A stretch of DNA of 64,000 nt from Bacteroidia bacterium (GCA_026391555.1 JAPLEB010000105.1:9356-73355), one strand, 5' to 3'. Counted from the stretch's first letter, positions 45,649 through 56,833 are shown. Made by a program: numbers and translations. The notes: generated by a model not told the origin, from the letters alone.

Positions 45649-48600
45649 ATGAAAACGACAGGAACCAAGCAACTGCTACTTATTCTGACTCTATTTGCAT
45701 GTGAAATCATTTTTAATTCATGTAAAAAAAATGTAATCAACGAGGTCAAAGTGCCTGATTTTGTTACTCTTTCATCGCAATTCAGCGAACCACCCAGGGA
45801 ATACACAACCGCCCCTTTCTTTGTATGGAACGCTGAAATTACAAAGGAGGAGATCGACAATTATATGACCGGTTTTAAAAATGCCGGCTCATCGCAGGTG
45901 TTTATTCATCCGCGTCCCGGATTGATTACTGAATATCTCTCCGAAAACTGGTTCGAACTTTATCAATATACAGTCGAAAAAGGTAAAGAACTTGGTATGA
46001 ATGTATGGATATATGACGAAAACTCCTACCCCAGCGGTTTTGCCGGCGGACATGTTCCTGATGAAATGCCAGAATCGTACAACCAGGGACAAGGGTTGAA
46101 AATGACAAGATTTGAAACTCTTCCTGATACCAGCGATAAGTATTATCTCTGCCTGAAAGAAGAAAATGGAGCTTATTCAGATATTACCGCTTCACTCTCA
46201 AATGAGAAAGGAAAAACAGGAAAATATCTTCTCTTCTCAAAAACATATAATGGGAAGTCGGACTGGTATGGTGGATTTTCTTATGTCGACCTCCTCTATC
46301 CTGGTGTTACTCAGAAATTTATCGAGGTTACGATGTCAGGCTACGAGAAATATCTTGGTACAGAATTCGGAAAAACCATTCCCGGCACATTTACCGATGA
46401 GCCCGAGATCAACTCCCCCGGTGGCATCCGCTGGACCCCGGATTTATTTGAAGTTTTCATGAAGCAATGGCACTATGATCTTAAGACTCAGTTACCTTCT
46501 CTATATGAAGAGGTTGGTGACTGGAAAAAGATCAGACATAACTACACACAGACCCTGCTTCAACTTTTCATTGACAGGTGGGCGAAACCATGGTATGCAT
46601 ATTGTGTAGAAAAAGGACTGAAGTTTACCGGCCATTACTGGGAACATGAATGGCCAAATATGCGACCTGGTGGCGACAATATGGCAATGTATGCCTGGCA
46701 CCAGGTTCCGGCTATTGACATGCTGTTCAATCAGTGGGATGATTCAACAACAAAAGCCCAATTTGGAAATATCAGGGCAGTTAAGGAATTGGCAAGTGCT
46801 GCAAACCAGACCGGCAGACAGAGAAAACTTAGTGAGACTTATGGAGGCTCAGGCTGGGACCTGACATTTACCGATATGAAACGCAATGGCGACTGGGAAT
46901 ATGCCCTGGGAGTTAACCTTATGAACCAGCATCTTACCTATTTCACTCTTGCCGGAGCCAGGAAATATGACTACCCTCCTACATTCGACTATCATGAGCC
47001 ATGGTGGAACGATTACAAATATCTGAATGACCATTATGCAAGACTTTCACTGGCATTATCGGCAGGTAGACAGATAAACGACATTCTGATTATCGAGCCC
47101 ACCACATCTGCCTGGCTGTATGATTCTTACGCTAAACGAAACCAAAAGTATGCAGAGATCGGCCAGTCTTTCCAGACTCTTGTTACAAAACTCGAAAAAA
47201 GCCAGGTCGAATATGATCTGGGCTCAGAAAATATGATCAAAGATATAGGTAGTGTTTCAAAAGGTAAGTTTGTGGTTGGACAGGCAGGTTATTCAAGGGT
47301 TGTCATCCCTCCGATGACTGAGAACCTCGATCTTACTACCTATAAGCTTCTCGAGAGATTTGTTTCGACCGGAGGAAGTTTAATTGCGTTCTCGGTACCT
47401 ACTCTGGTTGATGGTTCATTAAGCGAAGGATTGAAAGAATTTTTTAATAAGGAATCTGATAAGATCATCATTATCGATCAATTAACTCCTGAGATTATGT
47501 CAAAGTACTTCACCAATCCGGACCTCGGGTTTGATGGCGTAACCGGAGGAGCCCTTTACCATCATGGCAGGGTGCTGGCAGACGGAAAGATTCTATTCCT
47601 CGTAAATTCAAGCCTTACTGAATCTGTGAACGGTTCGCTTAAGACAAAAGGAAAAGATGCTGTTGAGATGAACACTCTGACAGGTGAAATTAGCGGTTAC
47701 ACGAATAAGTCTATCGGCGATGAGATCGGTCTCTCCTACTCCATTCCACCAGCGGGAAGTCTTTTGCTTTTCATTCCAAATACCAAAAAGGCTGATTCCC
47801 CGGTCGCGGCAAAAACACAGACACTGATTCCTGTTCAGTCATCCTCACCTGTCACTGTTACAAGAAACGAGGAGAATGTCCTTATGATCGATTTCTGTGA
47901 TATTGAGGTTGGTAACGAGTTGTCAAAAGATATTCATACATACTATGCAGCTGATAAAGTCTATAAATATTATGGATTTAAAAACGGCAATCCATGGAAC
48001 ACATCTGTTCAGTTCAGGACAAATTTAGTTGACAGGGATACTTTCGGTCTGAACAGCGGTTTCGCAGCGACATATCATTTCACCATCAAGGGCAAATTTG
48101 ACGTTACTAACTTGAAAGCTGTTGTGGAACGCACCAATTTATGGACAGTTTCTGTTAATGGCACTGAAATGAAACCGGAAGACGGTAAATGGTGGTTAGA
48201 CAGGTCATTCGGCGTTTTCAATATCGGCCCGGTGGTTAAGACCGGAGATAACACCATTACATTGAAAGTTTCTCCAATGAAGATACATGCGGAGGTTGAA
48301 CCGGTTTATATCGTTGGTGATTTTTCTGTGAAGCCTGCTGAAAAAGGCTGGGTAATTGAAGCACCTGCCTCCGTTTACACCATAGGAAGCTGGAAGACGC
48401 AGGGGTTGCCATTCTATTCATGGGGAATCACCTACAGTAAAGAATTCAATATTGAAAGAGTTGAAGGAACATGGTCTGTTTCACTGGGTAACTGGAATGG
48501 CACCATTTCAGAAGTATCTGTAAATGGGCAACCTGCAACTGTAATAGCATTCCCTCCCTACAATACTGATGTCACCGGATTAATAAAACCCGGAAAGAAT

Positions 48601-48783
48601 AAAATTGATGTAAAAGTTATTGGCAGTCTGAAGAATCTGATGGGTCCTCATCATAATAATCCCAAACCGGGGTTTGTCTCGCCAGGGTCCTGGAGAAATG
48701 TGAAAAGCTATCCGTCAGGAAAGGATTACCAGATGATTGACTATGGGCTGATGGTTGATTTTACCCTGTACAAGGGAGAATAG
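45649..48783 (+). CDS. Large secreted glycoside-hydrolase-like protein (GH106-like/jelly-roll type suspected)
   Basis: Lipoprotein-type signal LFACEIIFNSCKK. PPREYTTAPFFVWNAEITKEEID...AGSSQVFIHPRPGLITEYLSENWF...MNVWIYDENSYPSGFAGGHVP resembles the N-terminal TIM-barrel region of ~1100-aa Bacteroidota glycosidases. Family assignment is uncertain. Confidence 0.5.
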   Translation: MKTTGTKQLLLILTLFACEIIFNSCKKNVINEVKVPDFVTLSSQFSEPPREYTTAPFFVWNAEITKEEIDNYMTGFKNAGSSQVFIHPRPGLITEYLSENWFELYQYTVEKGKELGMNVWIYDENSYPSGFAGGHVPDEMPESYNQGQGLKMTRFETLPDTSDKYYLCLKEENGAYSDITASLSNEKGKTGKYLLFSKTYNGKSDWYGGFSYVDLLYPGVTQKFIEVTMSGYEKYLGTEFGKTIPGTFTDEPEINSPGGIRWTPDLFEVFMKQWHYDLKTQLPSLYEEVGDWKKIRHNYTQTLLQLFIDRWAKPWYAYCVEKGLKFTGHYWEHEWPNMRPGGDNMAMYAWHQVPAIDMLFNQWDDSTTKAQFGNIRAVKELASAANQTGRQRKLSETYGGSGWDLTFTDMKRNGDWEYALGVNLMNQHLTYFTLAGARKYDYPPTFDYHEPWWNDYKYLNDHYARLSLALSAGRQINDILIIEPTTSAWLYDSYAKRNQKYAEIGQSFQTLVTKLEKSQVEYDLGSENMIKDIGSVSKGKFVVGQAGYSRVVIPPMTENLDLTTYKLLERFVSTGGSLIAFSVPTLVDGSLSEGLKEFFNKESDKIIIIDQLTPEIMSKYFTNPDLGFDGVTGGALYHHGRVLADGKILFLVNSSLTESVNGSLKTKGKDAVEMNTLTGEISGYTNKSIGDEIGLSYSIPPAGSLLLFIPNTKKADSPVAAKTQTLIPVQSSSPVTVTRNEENVLMIDFCDIEVGNELSKDIHTYYAADKVYKYYGFKNGNPWNTSVQFRTNLVDRDTFGLNSGFAATYHFTIKGKFDVTNLKAVVERTNLWTVSVNGTEMKPEDGKWWLDRSFGVFNIGPVVKTGDNTITLKVSPMKIHAEVEPVYIVGDFSVKPAEKGWVIEAPASVYTIGSWKTQGLPFYSWGITYSKEFNIERVEGTWSVSLGNWNGTISEVSVNGQPATVIAFPPYNTDVTGLIKPGKNKIDVKVIGSLKNLMGPHHNNPKPGFVSPGSWRNVKSYPSGKDYQMIDYGLMVDFTLYKGE

Positions 48784-48801
48784 TCTGAGAACTTGGAAAA
48801 A

Positions 48802-48871
48802 GGCGACAGGCGACAGGAATATTGGAAAGAGACAGGGTTTAATTTCTTCCTAATGCCTGTCGCCTGTTGCC
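48802..48871. repeat. Inverted heptamer-repeat hairpin (ggcgacaggcgacagg ... cctgtcgcctgttgcc) between convergent genes
   Basis: The arms at 48802-48817 and 48856-48871 are complementary with one mismatch, with a 38-nt loop. Each arm consists of two 7-nt units. Confidence 0.7.
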
Positions 48872-48872
48872 T

Positions 48873-49226
48873 TTATTTCGATCTATGCCTGATCAAACCT
48901 GTCAACATTGCACTGATATTATCACATATTTTTTCAAGCTCTTTGTACTTTTCAGATGAGATATATTCAATTTCCATTGAGATAACAAGTTGTGTCCTCA
49001 ACTCAGCAATCGAACCCCTGGCGATATAAAAATGTCTGATACTCTGCTTGTCAGTATCCAGATCATCGCCTTCAGCGATATTTGAAGATACAGATACAGA
49101 TGATCTTCTCATTTGATCTCTGAGTCCGAAATCTTTAATAAATAGACCCTGATCAGTAAGTCTGTAAATGTCAACCGCAAGATCTTTTGATTGTTGCCAA
49201 ACCTTTAAATCTTTATAATTTCCCAT
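48873..49226 (-). CDS. Four-helix-bundle protein (23S rRNA intervening-sequence protein family, TIGR02436-type)
   Basis: YKDLKVWQQSKDLAVDIYRLT...LRDQMRRSSVSVSSNIAEG...IARGSIAELRTQL. Confidence 0.85.
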   Translation of the reverse strand: MGNYKDLKVWQQSKDLAVDIYRLTDQGLFIKDFGLRDQMRRSSVSVSSNIAEGDDLDTDKQSIRHFYIARGSIAELRTQLVISMEIEYISSEKYKELEKICDNISAMLTGLIRHRSK

Positions 49227-49324
49227 AATGCAGCGTATTAAATAATGAAAGAAACCACATACAATTCCACATTGTAATATTTTTACAATTTAATAAATAT
49301 AAATCACTTATGCCGTCCCTGATG

Positions 49325-49359
49325 CCTGTCGCCCGTCGCCTGTAGCCTTTAATTTTAGT
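49325..49359. repeat. Heptamer tract: cctgtcg cccgtcg cctgtag cctttaa ttttagt
   Basis: Read in phase. Its first 19 nt are the inverted complement of 48802-48817 on the other side of the four-helix-bundle gene. Confidence 0.7.
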
Positions 49360-49603
49360 ATCCACAGTCCCAAACATTACAATCAATTTTCGAATACTCT
49401 TCGACAATCCCCTCCAATTAACTTACCATCAATATATTATTTTAGACCTATTGCAGGAATGAAATATTTTTATATATTTGACTCGATTTATATTATTGTT
49501 CTTTGAATATAATCGAATAATTGAAATTAATGTTAAATGAAAAGGCGGAAAATTTGTACCTGTGTACAGAGACCCGCTTAAACTTAAACCTAAATCTTTA
49601 ATT

Positions 49604-50992
49604 ATGAGAAAACTTTTAACTTTTGTTGCCGGGATATTGATTACCGGTAGTGTGCTTGCAGGCGGGCTGGTGACTAACACAAACCAGAGTGCTATGTTTA
49701 CACGTCTTCAGAACCGCAATGCCTCAACCGACATTGATGCAGTTTATTTCAACCCGGCAGGCTTAACAAGACTTTTTGGTGATGGTTTGTATGTTTCACT
49801 AAACAGTCAGACAATCAGTCAGACAAAAACTATTTTAAGCGACTACAGTATTCTTTCCGGGACAAAACCGAGAGAATATATCGGAAAAGTAAGCGCTGCT
49901 GTTTTTCCCGGTGTCTATGCTGCCTATAAGAAAGGTAAATTAGCATTCTCAGCCGGCTTTAACCCTATTGGTGGCGGAGGTGGAGCTAAATATGATGCCG
50001 GACTACCATCAATTGAAACAAGGGTTGCAGACCTTAAACCCCTTCTGACAAGTATGGGCTTAACAACCACACAATACACAGCTGACATTTTCTTTGAGGG
50101 TAAGTCAAATTACATTGGTTTCCAGGCGAACGTATCTTATGAGATCAACGATATGATTTCTGCTGCAATTGGTGCCAGGATGGTGAGTGCTAAAAACACA
50201 TACAACGGACATATTAAAAGTGTCATGATCAACCCGTTTCACCCTCTTGTCAACCCTACATCAACTCTAATGTCAGCACCGACATTTTTTACAACTATTG
50301 GTCAAACTAAATATGCAGCAATGACATCAGACATGTTAGTTATTGCAGAGATGAATGGCAAAGGTTTTACCCCGATTCTTTCTGTAAATATTGCTCCATC
50401 GGAAAAGCTTAATGTTGCTGTTAAATATGAATTCCAAACAAAACTCAATCTTACAACCACAGTTAAACCGGGCGAAGATGGAGGAGGAATGTTCATTCAG
50501 GATTCAGTCGCGATTGCTGATATGCCTGCCATGCTGGCTGTTGGTGCTAATTTTAAACCATTTGACAAACTTATGCTTTCCGGTAGTTTCGGCTATTACT
50601 TTGACAAAAAGGTAGATTATGATGGTCAGTCTGACTTAGTGTTAAATAAAATTGATAAAAACTTTATTGAGTTTGGACTTGGAGCTGAATATGGTCTCAG
50701 CGAGAAATTGAGAGTCAGCGCAGGATGGGTTCACACAATTACCGGCGTTAACAGCAACTATCAGAGTGATATGACTTATAGCACCAACACTAATTCTTTT
50801 GGTGGAGGATTTGGCTTCAGGATATCCCCGATGATTGATCTTAATTTAGGTGGCCAGTACACTGTTTACGAAGAAGGTACAAAATCGTTTGGTCATGCAT
50901 TAAGTCCAACTGTTTCAATTCCAATTGTTGAAACATACAAAAAAAATACATGGTTAATTGGTGTAGGTCTTGATATTTCTTTCGGAAAATAA
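49604..50992 (+). CDS. Outer-membrane transport protein of the OMPP1/FadL/TodX family
   Basis: Start trimmed to MRKLLTFVAGILITGSVLAGG. Contains NQSAMFTRLQNRNASTDIDAVYFNPAGL and ends with a C-terminal beta-strand ...IGVGLDISFGK. Confidence 0.75.
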   Translation: MRKLLTFVAGILITGSVLAGGLVTNTNQSAMFTRLQNRNASTDIDAVYFNPAGLTRLFGDGLYVSLNSQTISQTKTILSDYSILSGTKPREYIGKVSAAVFPGVYAAYKKGKLAFSAGFNPIGGGGGAKYDAGLPSIETRVADLKPLLTSMGLTTTQYTADIFFEGKSNYIGFQANVSYEINDMISAAIGARMVSAKNTYNGHIKSVMINPFHPLVNPTSTLMSAPTFFTTIGQTKYAAMTSDMLVIAEMNGKGFTPILSVNIAPSEKLNVAVKYEFQTKLNLTTTVKPGEDGGGMFIQDSVAIADMPAMLAVGANFKPFDKLMLSGSFGYYFDKKVDYDGQSDLVLNKIDKNFIEFGLGAEYGLSEKLRVSAGWVHTITGVNSNYQSDMTYSTNTNSFGGGFGFRISPMIDLNLGGQYTVYEEGTKSFGHALSPTVSIPIVETYKKNTWLIGVGLDISFGK

Positions 50993-51015
50993 AAATTAAC
51001 AGATATTATTAATCT

Positions 51016-51047
51016 GAGGCTGGCTTTCCTGAGTCAGCCTCTTTTTT
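51016..51047 (+). terminator. Rho-independent terminator of the FadL-like gene
   Basis: gaggctg-gctttcctgagt-cagcctc followed by tttttt. Confidence 0.7.
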
Positions 51048-51093
51048 ACCCCTATCCCGATAGCTATCGGGACTCCCTGGGGGGTTTGGGGGT
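51048..51093. repeat. GC-rich island with the 16-bp palindrome cccgatagctatcggg and C/G-run arms
   Basis: acccctatcccgatagctatcgggactccctggggggtttgggggt. The style resembles the 38671/58960 element in inverse orientation, but the sequence is not alignable throughout. Confidence 0.5.
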
Positions 51094-51785
51094 TAGTAGT
51101 TAATGCCCTGTGTATTAAGATGTTTAATATACAATTCGAACCTTGGCGAACCTGATGATTTCAGCCTGTTGTACCATTCGGCAGCTTTAGCAGTATTACC
51201 TGTTTCTCTTGCAAGCTTAATAATGTTAATATAAACAAGACCTTCAATTCCCAGGTTCTTATTATCTGTTTCTTCAGCAATATTAATGAAACCGGCTAAT
51301 GCTTTAGCCGGTTCATTATTTTCAACAAGACCAAAGGCATCATCAATCTTTTTATTCAGATTGTCGTCAAGAGTAATCCCATAAAATGAAAAACAGTTTT
51401 CTGAACAATCCTCGATCAGATCAATCCATTCAGTACCTTTGTTCAATGGGGGAAATTTCAGAACGAAATCGAGCTTCTCCCCTAATGTTTTGAATTTATA
51501 GGTTTCGGGACAAACAGGAATACTACGCGATGAAGTTAGTTTGCTTCGTGTTCCATCGGGATAAATAATGAAAATGTTTTTATCGGCACAGAAGTTTCCT
51601 CCATTAATCCGGTTCTCAACTGTCAGAAATACCACAGTATTCTCCTCTGTGAGCTCAACCTTTGAAATTTCGAGTGTCTCATGACTTTTTAGAGCATAGT
51701 TGGGTTGAGTTACAAACTGTGAAAAGATCGTAGACAGATTCACCGTCAATGATATGATAGATAATATTAACGCTTTTATTTTCAT
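51093..51785 (-). CDS. Secreted hypothetical protein
   Basis: Start trimmed to MKIKALILSIISLTVNLSTIFSQ. The C-terminus is helical and TPR-like (AKALAGFINIAEE...AKAAEWYNRL). No family recognised. Confidence 0.5.
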   Translation of the reverse strand: MKIKALILSIISLTVNLSTIFSQFVTQPNYALKSHETLEISKVELTEENTVVFLTVENRINGGNFCADKNIFIIYPDGTRSKLTSSRSIPVCPETYKFKTLGEKLDFVLKFPPLNKGTEWIDLIEDCSENCFSFYGITLDDNLNKKIDDAFGLVENNEPAKALAGFINIAEETDNKNLGIEGLVYINIIKLARETGNTAKAAEWYNRLKSSGSPRFELYIKHLNTQGINY

Positions 51786-51940
51786 TAAATCAATAGTTAA
51801 AGGAGTGCAAGTTACAAATTTGTAACATTTAAGTAACACGAATACGATTACTGTAACAATAAATGAGGTTACCTTTACAAGAAAAAGTATATTTAAAATA
51901 ACAACCAGTTAAATATCGAAAAAGTTTAATACTATCAGGA

Positions 51941-52654
51941 ATGAAAACAAAGAGAGAAGAATCTATACTCGATATTATCGCTACTTTTGAAGAGATGGCA
52001 GACTTAATACTGATCCAGCTTACGCTTCTTGAAAAATATATGGCCGGACCGGCGAAAGAAGAACGCGACCGGATCAGACTTGAGATAACGGGAAATGAAG
52101 ATAAGGTTGACAAATTTGAAGTTCTGATAAGCGACAAGTTTATCAGCTCCATAGTTCTTTATCAGCCCGTTGCATCGGATATCCGCAAAATTGTAGCAAT
52201 CTACAGGATGACTATAAACCTCGAACGGATTGGCGATCTTGTCATGAACATTCTAGATTCAATTGAAAATATTAAGGATTCTGAAGAATACAAAGCCATG
52301 ATTGAGGTGCTTAGCGTAATGCTTCTGTCGGGAATTTCAATGGTTGAAAAATCGCTGCTCTCATTTATAAACAATGATAATGAGTATGCAATCTGGACCA
52401 TAAAAAATGATGAAATAGTTGACGACATGAACCGTAAACTACTCATAAACAGCATCTCTAAGGCAAAAGTCAGCGATAGAACAAAAGAAATGTTACTCAG
52501 TTATATTGATCTGAAGAATATTATTACAAATATTGAAAGGATTGCAGACCATGCCACAAATATTGCCGAGGCCTCGATATATTCAATTCAGGGTACCGAT
52601 ATCAGACATTCGGGACTGAATTCGAATCTGGCAATTCCTGACGAGAATAATTAA
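51941..52654 (+). CDS. phoU: Phosphate signalling complex protein PhoU
   Basis: Two PhoU repeats with ...RMTINLERIGDLVMNI... and ...ITNIERIADHATNIAE.... Confidence 0.85.
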   Translation: MKTKREESILDIIATFEEMADLILIQLTLLEKYMAGPAKEERDRIRLEITGNEDKVDKFEVLISDKFISSIVLYQPVASDIRKIVAIYRMTINLERIGDLVMNILDSIENIKDSEEYKAMIEVLSVMLLSGISMVEKSLLSFINNDNEYAIWTIKNDEIVDDMNRKLLINSISKAKVSDRTKEMLLSYIDLKNIITNIERIADHATNIAEASIYSIQGTDIRHSGLNSNLAIPDENN

Positions 52655-52667
52655 TACCTGTGCCACC

Positions 52668-53354
52668 ATGGAACCGAAAGGGAAACGAATTCTTATTGTG
52701 GATGATGAAGAGGATCTTTGCGAAATCCTTCAATATAATCTCAGCAATGAAGGTTATTGTACCGAGATTGAACATTCTGCGGAAGAGGCTCTGAAGAGGC
52801 CGCTTGTTAACTTCGACCTGGTTCTTCTCGATGTAATGATGGGGCCTATGTCGGGGTTTAAATTTGCCGACAAGCTGAGAAAAGAATTGAAAATTGATAT
52901 CCCTGTGATTTTTCTTACTGCAAAGGATACGGAGAATGATATTCTTACGGGGTTCAGTCTGGGTGCTGATGACTATATATCCAAACCTTTCTCTGTTAAT
53001 GAATTAACAGCCAGGGTAAAAGCAGTCCTTAAAAGGTCACATACAGATAAAATTGAAAACAAATCTATTCTGCAATTCAATGGTATTGATCTGGATACAG
53101 TACGAAAGAGATTAATAATTAATGATGAACGCGTTGAACTTACAAAAAAGGAATATGAAATCCTGAAACTTCTCCTCGATAACCAGGGGAAAGTCTTTTC
53201 CAGAGAAGATCTTCTGATGAGGGTGTGGGGCCAGGATGTAATAGTAACTGAACGAACTGTTGATGTAAACATTACAAGACTACGAACAAAACTCGGGCAA
53301 TACGCTTCTTCATTGAGAAACAAGACCGGTTATGGCTACTTTTTTGAATTCTAA
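52668..53354 (+). CDS. OmpR/PhoB-family response regulator
   Basis: REC (ILIVDDEEDL...DLVLLDVMMGPMSG...IFLTAK...DDYISKPF) plus winged helix (LTKKEYEILKLL...TVDVNITRLRTKL). Its position between phoU and a PhoR-like kinase suggests PhoB. Confidence 0.85.
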   Translation: MEPKGKRILIVDDEEDLCEILQYNLSNEGYCTEIEHSAEEALKRPLVNFDLVLLDVMMGPMSGFKFADKLRKELKIDIPVIFLTAKDTENDILTGFSLGADDYISKPFSVNELTARVKAVLKRSHTDKIENKSILQFNGIDLDTVRKRLIINDERVELTKKEYEILKLLLDNQGKVFSREDLLMRVWGQDVIVTERTVDVNITRLRTKLGQYASSLRNKTGYGYFFEF

Positions 53355-53372
53355 TGAGTTAATCTATCAGAA

Positions 53373-55133
53373 ATGATCACAAGGAATAAGTTCAGAAATA
53401 ATCTTTTCATTTACTATTCATCAATATTTGTATTGTTCACACTCCTGATACTTAGCTATCTGTATTCAAGGGAAAAAGAGTTCAGGATTTCAACTCTGAA
53501 TGATGAACTTGACAATATCACAAAAGTTATTGATAACTATATCAAATCAAATTCAATTTATGAAACGGGCAACTGGTTTCTTGCAGACTCCATTGTTAAA
53601 CTATTGCCGCAGGAGAATCTGCGCATTACGATACTAAATCCTTCAGGAGATGTTTTATATGATAGCTCAGTCCGCGACTGGAAGAATATGGAGAATCATA
53701 AAACCAGGCCTGAGATAAGTGAATCGCTCTACTCAGACTTTGGTACAACAATCCGAAAATCAGGGACAACTGGTGAGGAATACTATTACTATGCAAAATA
53801 TTATAACAGGTACTATATAAGAGCAGCTGTAGTTTATGATATTAAAATCATCAGTTTCCTTACTGCAAAAAAATATTTTATCTTCATTATATCTCTCTCA
53901 TTTATTGCAATCTGGATTATCTTACTGGCGGTCACAAACAAATTCGGGAAATCGATAGCCAAACTCAAGGATTTCGCTGTGCGGGTAGCTAACAATGAGC
54001 CCTTCGATTCCGATTCAAAATTTCCTAAAAACGAACTCGGTGTTATAGGCGAGGAGATACTTGAGATCTATAACAAAATGCTTAAAACGCAGAATGATCT
54101 GGCAAATGAAAAGGAGAAACTTTTCAGCCACCTGAATGCATTAAATGAAGGAATAGCATTTTTTTCTAAAGACAAAACAAAAATTCTCACAAACAACCAC
54201 TTCATACAGTTCATGAACATGATTTCGGGTGAACTAACAATATCTTCAACAAATTTTTTCAAAGTACAGGAGTTTTTTCCCGTTATTGAATTCATCGAAA
54301 AACAGTCAGATATTGAAATAAAATCATCAGACCTGCCAAAGATGGAATATCAGATTGGAAAGAACGGCAAGTTTTTTCGGGTCCAATGCGTTGTATTTCA
54401 TGATAATAGTTTTGAGGTCATACTGAGTGATATAACAGTATCGGAAAAAGGTCGTTTGATTAAACAGGAGATGACATCTAATATTGCTCATGAACTGAAA
54501 ACTCCGGTATCTTCAGTCAAAGGTTATATTGAAACCCTTATTAATGAACCAGGCATGGAACCGGAGAAGCAAAAATATTTTCTTGAAAAAGCTTTGGCTC
54601 AAAACGACAGGCTCACTGAACTGATTAATGATATAGTTGTTATCAATAAAATTGAAGAGGCCGGCAGCTCCTTTTCCAGAGAGAAAATAAACGTCAGGGA
54701 TATTTTGCGCGAGGTCAAAGATAACTTCAAATCGGCTATTGAAACCAAAGGGATGAAGGTAGTACTTGGGGTGAATGATGATGTTTTTATCACGTGTAAC
54801 CGTTCTCTTATCACCTCTGTATTCCAAAACCTGCTTGAAAATTCTGTTAACTATTCTGGGAACGATACAAGTGTAACAATTACACTTTATAATCAGGATG
54901 ATAAATTCTGCCATTTTTCATTTTCAGATAATGGCGTTGGTATTCCTGAAGAACATATGGGGAGGGTATTCGAACGGTTTTACCGGATTGATTCCGGCAG
55001 GTCGCGAAAGAGTGGTGGTACCGGACTTGGACTGGCCATAGTTAAGAATGCTATACTGTTACATAAGGGCGACATTCAGGTAAGAAACAAAACAGGCGGA
55101 GGAATTGAATTCCTTTTCTCTCTGCCAAAATAA
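53373..55133 (+). CDS. Sensor histidine kinase (PhoR-like)
   Basis: Two TM segments, H-box [22 protein letters not shown]-box [10 protein letters not shown], and G-boxes [10 protein letters not shown] / [11 protein letters not shown]. Confidence 0.8.
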   Translation: MITRNKFRNNLFIYYSSIFVLFTLLILSYLYSREKEFRISTLNDELDNITKVIDNYIKSNSIYETGNWFLADSIVKLLPQENLRITILNPSGDVLYDSSVRDWKNMENHKTRPEISESLYSDFGTTIRKSGTTGEEYYYYAKYYNRYYIRAAVVYDIKIISFLTAKKYFIFIISLSFIAIWIILLAVTNKFGKSIAKLKDFAVRVANNEPFDSDSKFPKNELGVIGEEILEIYNKMLKTQNDLANEKEKLFSHLNALNEGIAFFSKDKTKILTNNHFIQFMNMISGELTISSTNFFKVQEFFPVIEFIEKQSDIEIKSSDLPKMEYQIGKNGKFFRVQCVVFHDNSFEVILSDITVSEKGRLIKQEMTSNIAHELKTPVSSVKGYIETLINEPGMEPEKQKYFLEKALAQNDRLTELINDIVVINKIEEAGSSFSREKINVRDILREVKDNFKSAIETKGMKVVLGVNDDVFITCNRSLITSVFQNLLENSVNYSGNDTSVTITLYNQDDKFCHFSFSDNGVGIPEEHMGRVFERFYRIDSGRSRKSGGTGLGLAIVKNAILLHKGDIQVRNKTGGGIEFLFSLPK

Positions 55134-55149
55134 GGTGCGCTTACCGGCA

Positions 55150-55908
55150 TTATCCAAATCGTCCTGAAATATAATCTTCAGTCTGCTTTTTGGCCGGGTT
55201 GGAAAAGATTACTTCAGTCCTGTTCATCTCAACAAGATCACCCATATAAAAGAGAGCTGTTAAATCACTTGTCCGTGCGGCCTGTTGCATGTTATGGGTA
55301 ACAATAATTATTGTGTATTGCTTTTTTAATTCATGAATAAGCTCTTCAATCTTTGCAGTTGAAATCGGGTCAAGAGCGCTTGCAGGTTCATCCATGAGTA
55401 TTATCTCAGGATTAACTGCAAGCGACCTTGCGATACATATTCGCTGTTGCTGTCCGCCTGAAAGGCTCAGAGCAGAGTTAAACAGCCTGTCTTTTACTTC
55501 ATCCCAGATTGCTGCCTGCTTTAATGAGTGTTCGACTATTTCATCGAGTATGCTTTTCTGACTGATACCATTAATTCTAGGGCCAAAAGCAATATTGTCA
55601 TAAACTGATTTTGCAAAAGGATTCGATTTCTGAAAGATCATTCCCACCTTCTTTCTAAGGTTAACGACATCAATATTCTTATCGTAAATATTAATATTAT
55701 CGATAAGAACTTCCCCTTCAATAGTAACATTATCAATCAGATCGTTCATGCGGTTAAGAGTTCTGAGGAATGTTGATTTACCGCATCCCGACGGTCCGAT
55801 AAACGCTGTTACCATTTTTTCAGGGATATCCATTGAAATGTTTTTCAATGCAAGGTTGGTTCCATACCGGAGTGACAAATCTTTGACTTTTACTTTAATA
55901 TCGTTCAT
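55150..55908 (-). CDS. pstB: Phosphate ABC transporter ATP-binding protein
   Basis: Walker [10 protein letters not shown], signature LSGGQQQR, Walker [12 protein letters not shown], and the PstB-typical FGPRINGI and C-terminal [10 protein letters not shown]. Confidence 0.95.
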   Translation of the reverse strand: MNDIKVKVKDLSLRYGTNLALKNISMDIPEKMVTAFIGPSGCGKSTFLRTLNRMNDLIDNVTIEGEVLIDNINIYDKNIDVVNLRKKVGMIFQKSNPFAKSVYDNIAFGPRINGISQKSILDEIVEHSLKQAAIWDEVKDRLFNSALSLSGGQQQRICIARSLAVNPEIILMDEPASALDPISTAKIEELIHELKKQYTIIIVTHNMQQAARTSDLTALFYMGDLVEMNRTEVIFSNPAKKQTEDYISGRFG

Positions 55909-55918
55909 TAAGAAATGG

Positions 55919-56818
55919 TTATTTTGCTCTTTTTCTTATTTTGAATCTTAATGTCACAGCGACTGCATTCAGTGAAAAGGTGAGAAGTAACAATACCAGG
56001 GTGGTCGCAAACTGGATAGGCAGAGTTGCATCAACATTCGATGACTGAGTTGACATAATATATATATGGTATCCGAGCGACATGAACTGGTCGCTTAATG
56101 ATTTTGGAAGATCGGAAAGGAAGTAAGCTGCTCCGGTAAACAGGATCGGGGCAACTTCACCGGCACCACGACTAACTGCGAGGATTGTTCCTGTTAATAT
56201 TCCTGAAACTGAGCCTGGCAATACAACACTTTTGATTGTCTGCCACTTAGTTGCTCCAAGAGCCAGGCTGGCTTCGCGCATCTCTCTCGGTATTGTTCTT
56301 ATTGCCTCTTCAACAGATACGATCACTACAGGTAGCGTTAACAGTGCCATAGTAAAGCTTGCCCAAAGCATATTGGGTTGACCCCATTTCAGCTCTCCTC
56401 CATTTAAAAGCGCATCCATATTTTTTCCTATAAAACCAATAAAAAAACCCAGTCCGAATAGCCCAAAAATAATTGATGGTACAACGGCAAGCGTCTTTAC
56501 AGCGAACCGGATTGTTTTAGCAATTACCGACTTCTCACTGGCATATTCCGCAAGATATATTGCTGTAATAACGCCAAATGGAACAGCCGCGACAGCCATA
56601 ATAATTGTCATAACGGCCGTTCCGACAATTGCCGGGAAAATGCCTCCTTTTGTCATGCCGTCCTTGGGAAATTCTGATAGAAATGTCCAGTTCAGGTTTG
56701 GCCATCCACCAACAATCGTAACTGCCAGAATTGAAACAATTATGAATATTATCAACAGGACTGAAACGCCGGTTATACCTTCGACTATTGTATCTTTTAC
56801 ATTTCTATCCATTTCCAT
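55919..56818 (-). CDS. pstA: Phosphate ABC transporter permease PstA
   Basis: Six TM segments, EAA-type loop [20 protein letters not shown], and operon position. Confidence 0.9.
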   Translation of the reverse strand: MEMDRNVKDTIVEGITGVSVLLIIFIIVSILAVTIVGGWPNLNWTFLSEFPKDGMTKGGIFPAIVGTAVMTIIMAVAAVPFGVITAIYLAEYASEKSVIAKTIRFAVKTLAVVPSIIFGLFGLGFFIGFIGKNMDALLNGGELKWGQPNMLWASFTMALLTLPVVIVSVEEAIRTIPREMREASLALGATKWQTIKSVVLPGSVSGILTGTILAVSRGAGEVAPILFTGAAYFLSDLPKSLSDQFMSLGYHIYIMSTQSSNVDATLPIQFATTLVLLLLTFSLNAVAVTLRFKIRKRAK

Positions 56819-56833
56819 TTATTCCTTCCCGGG

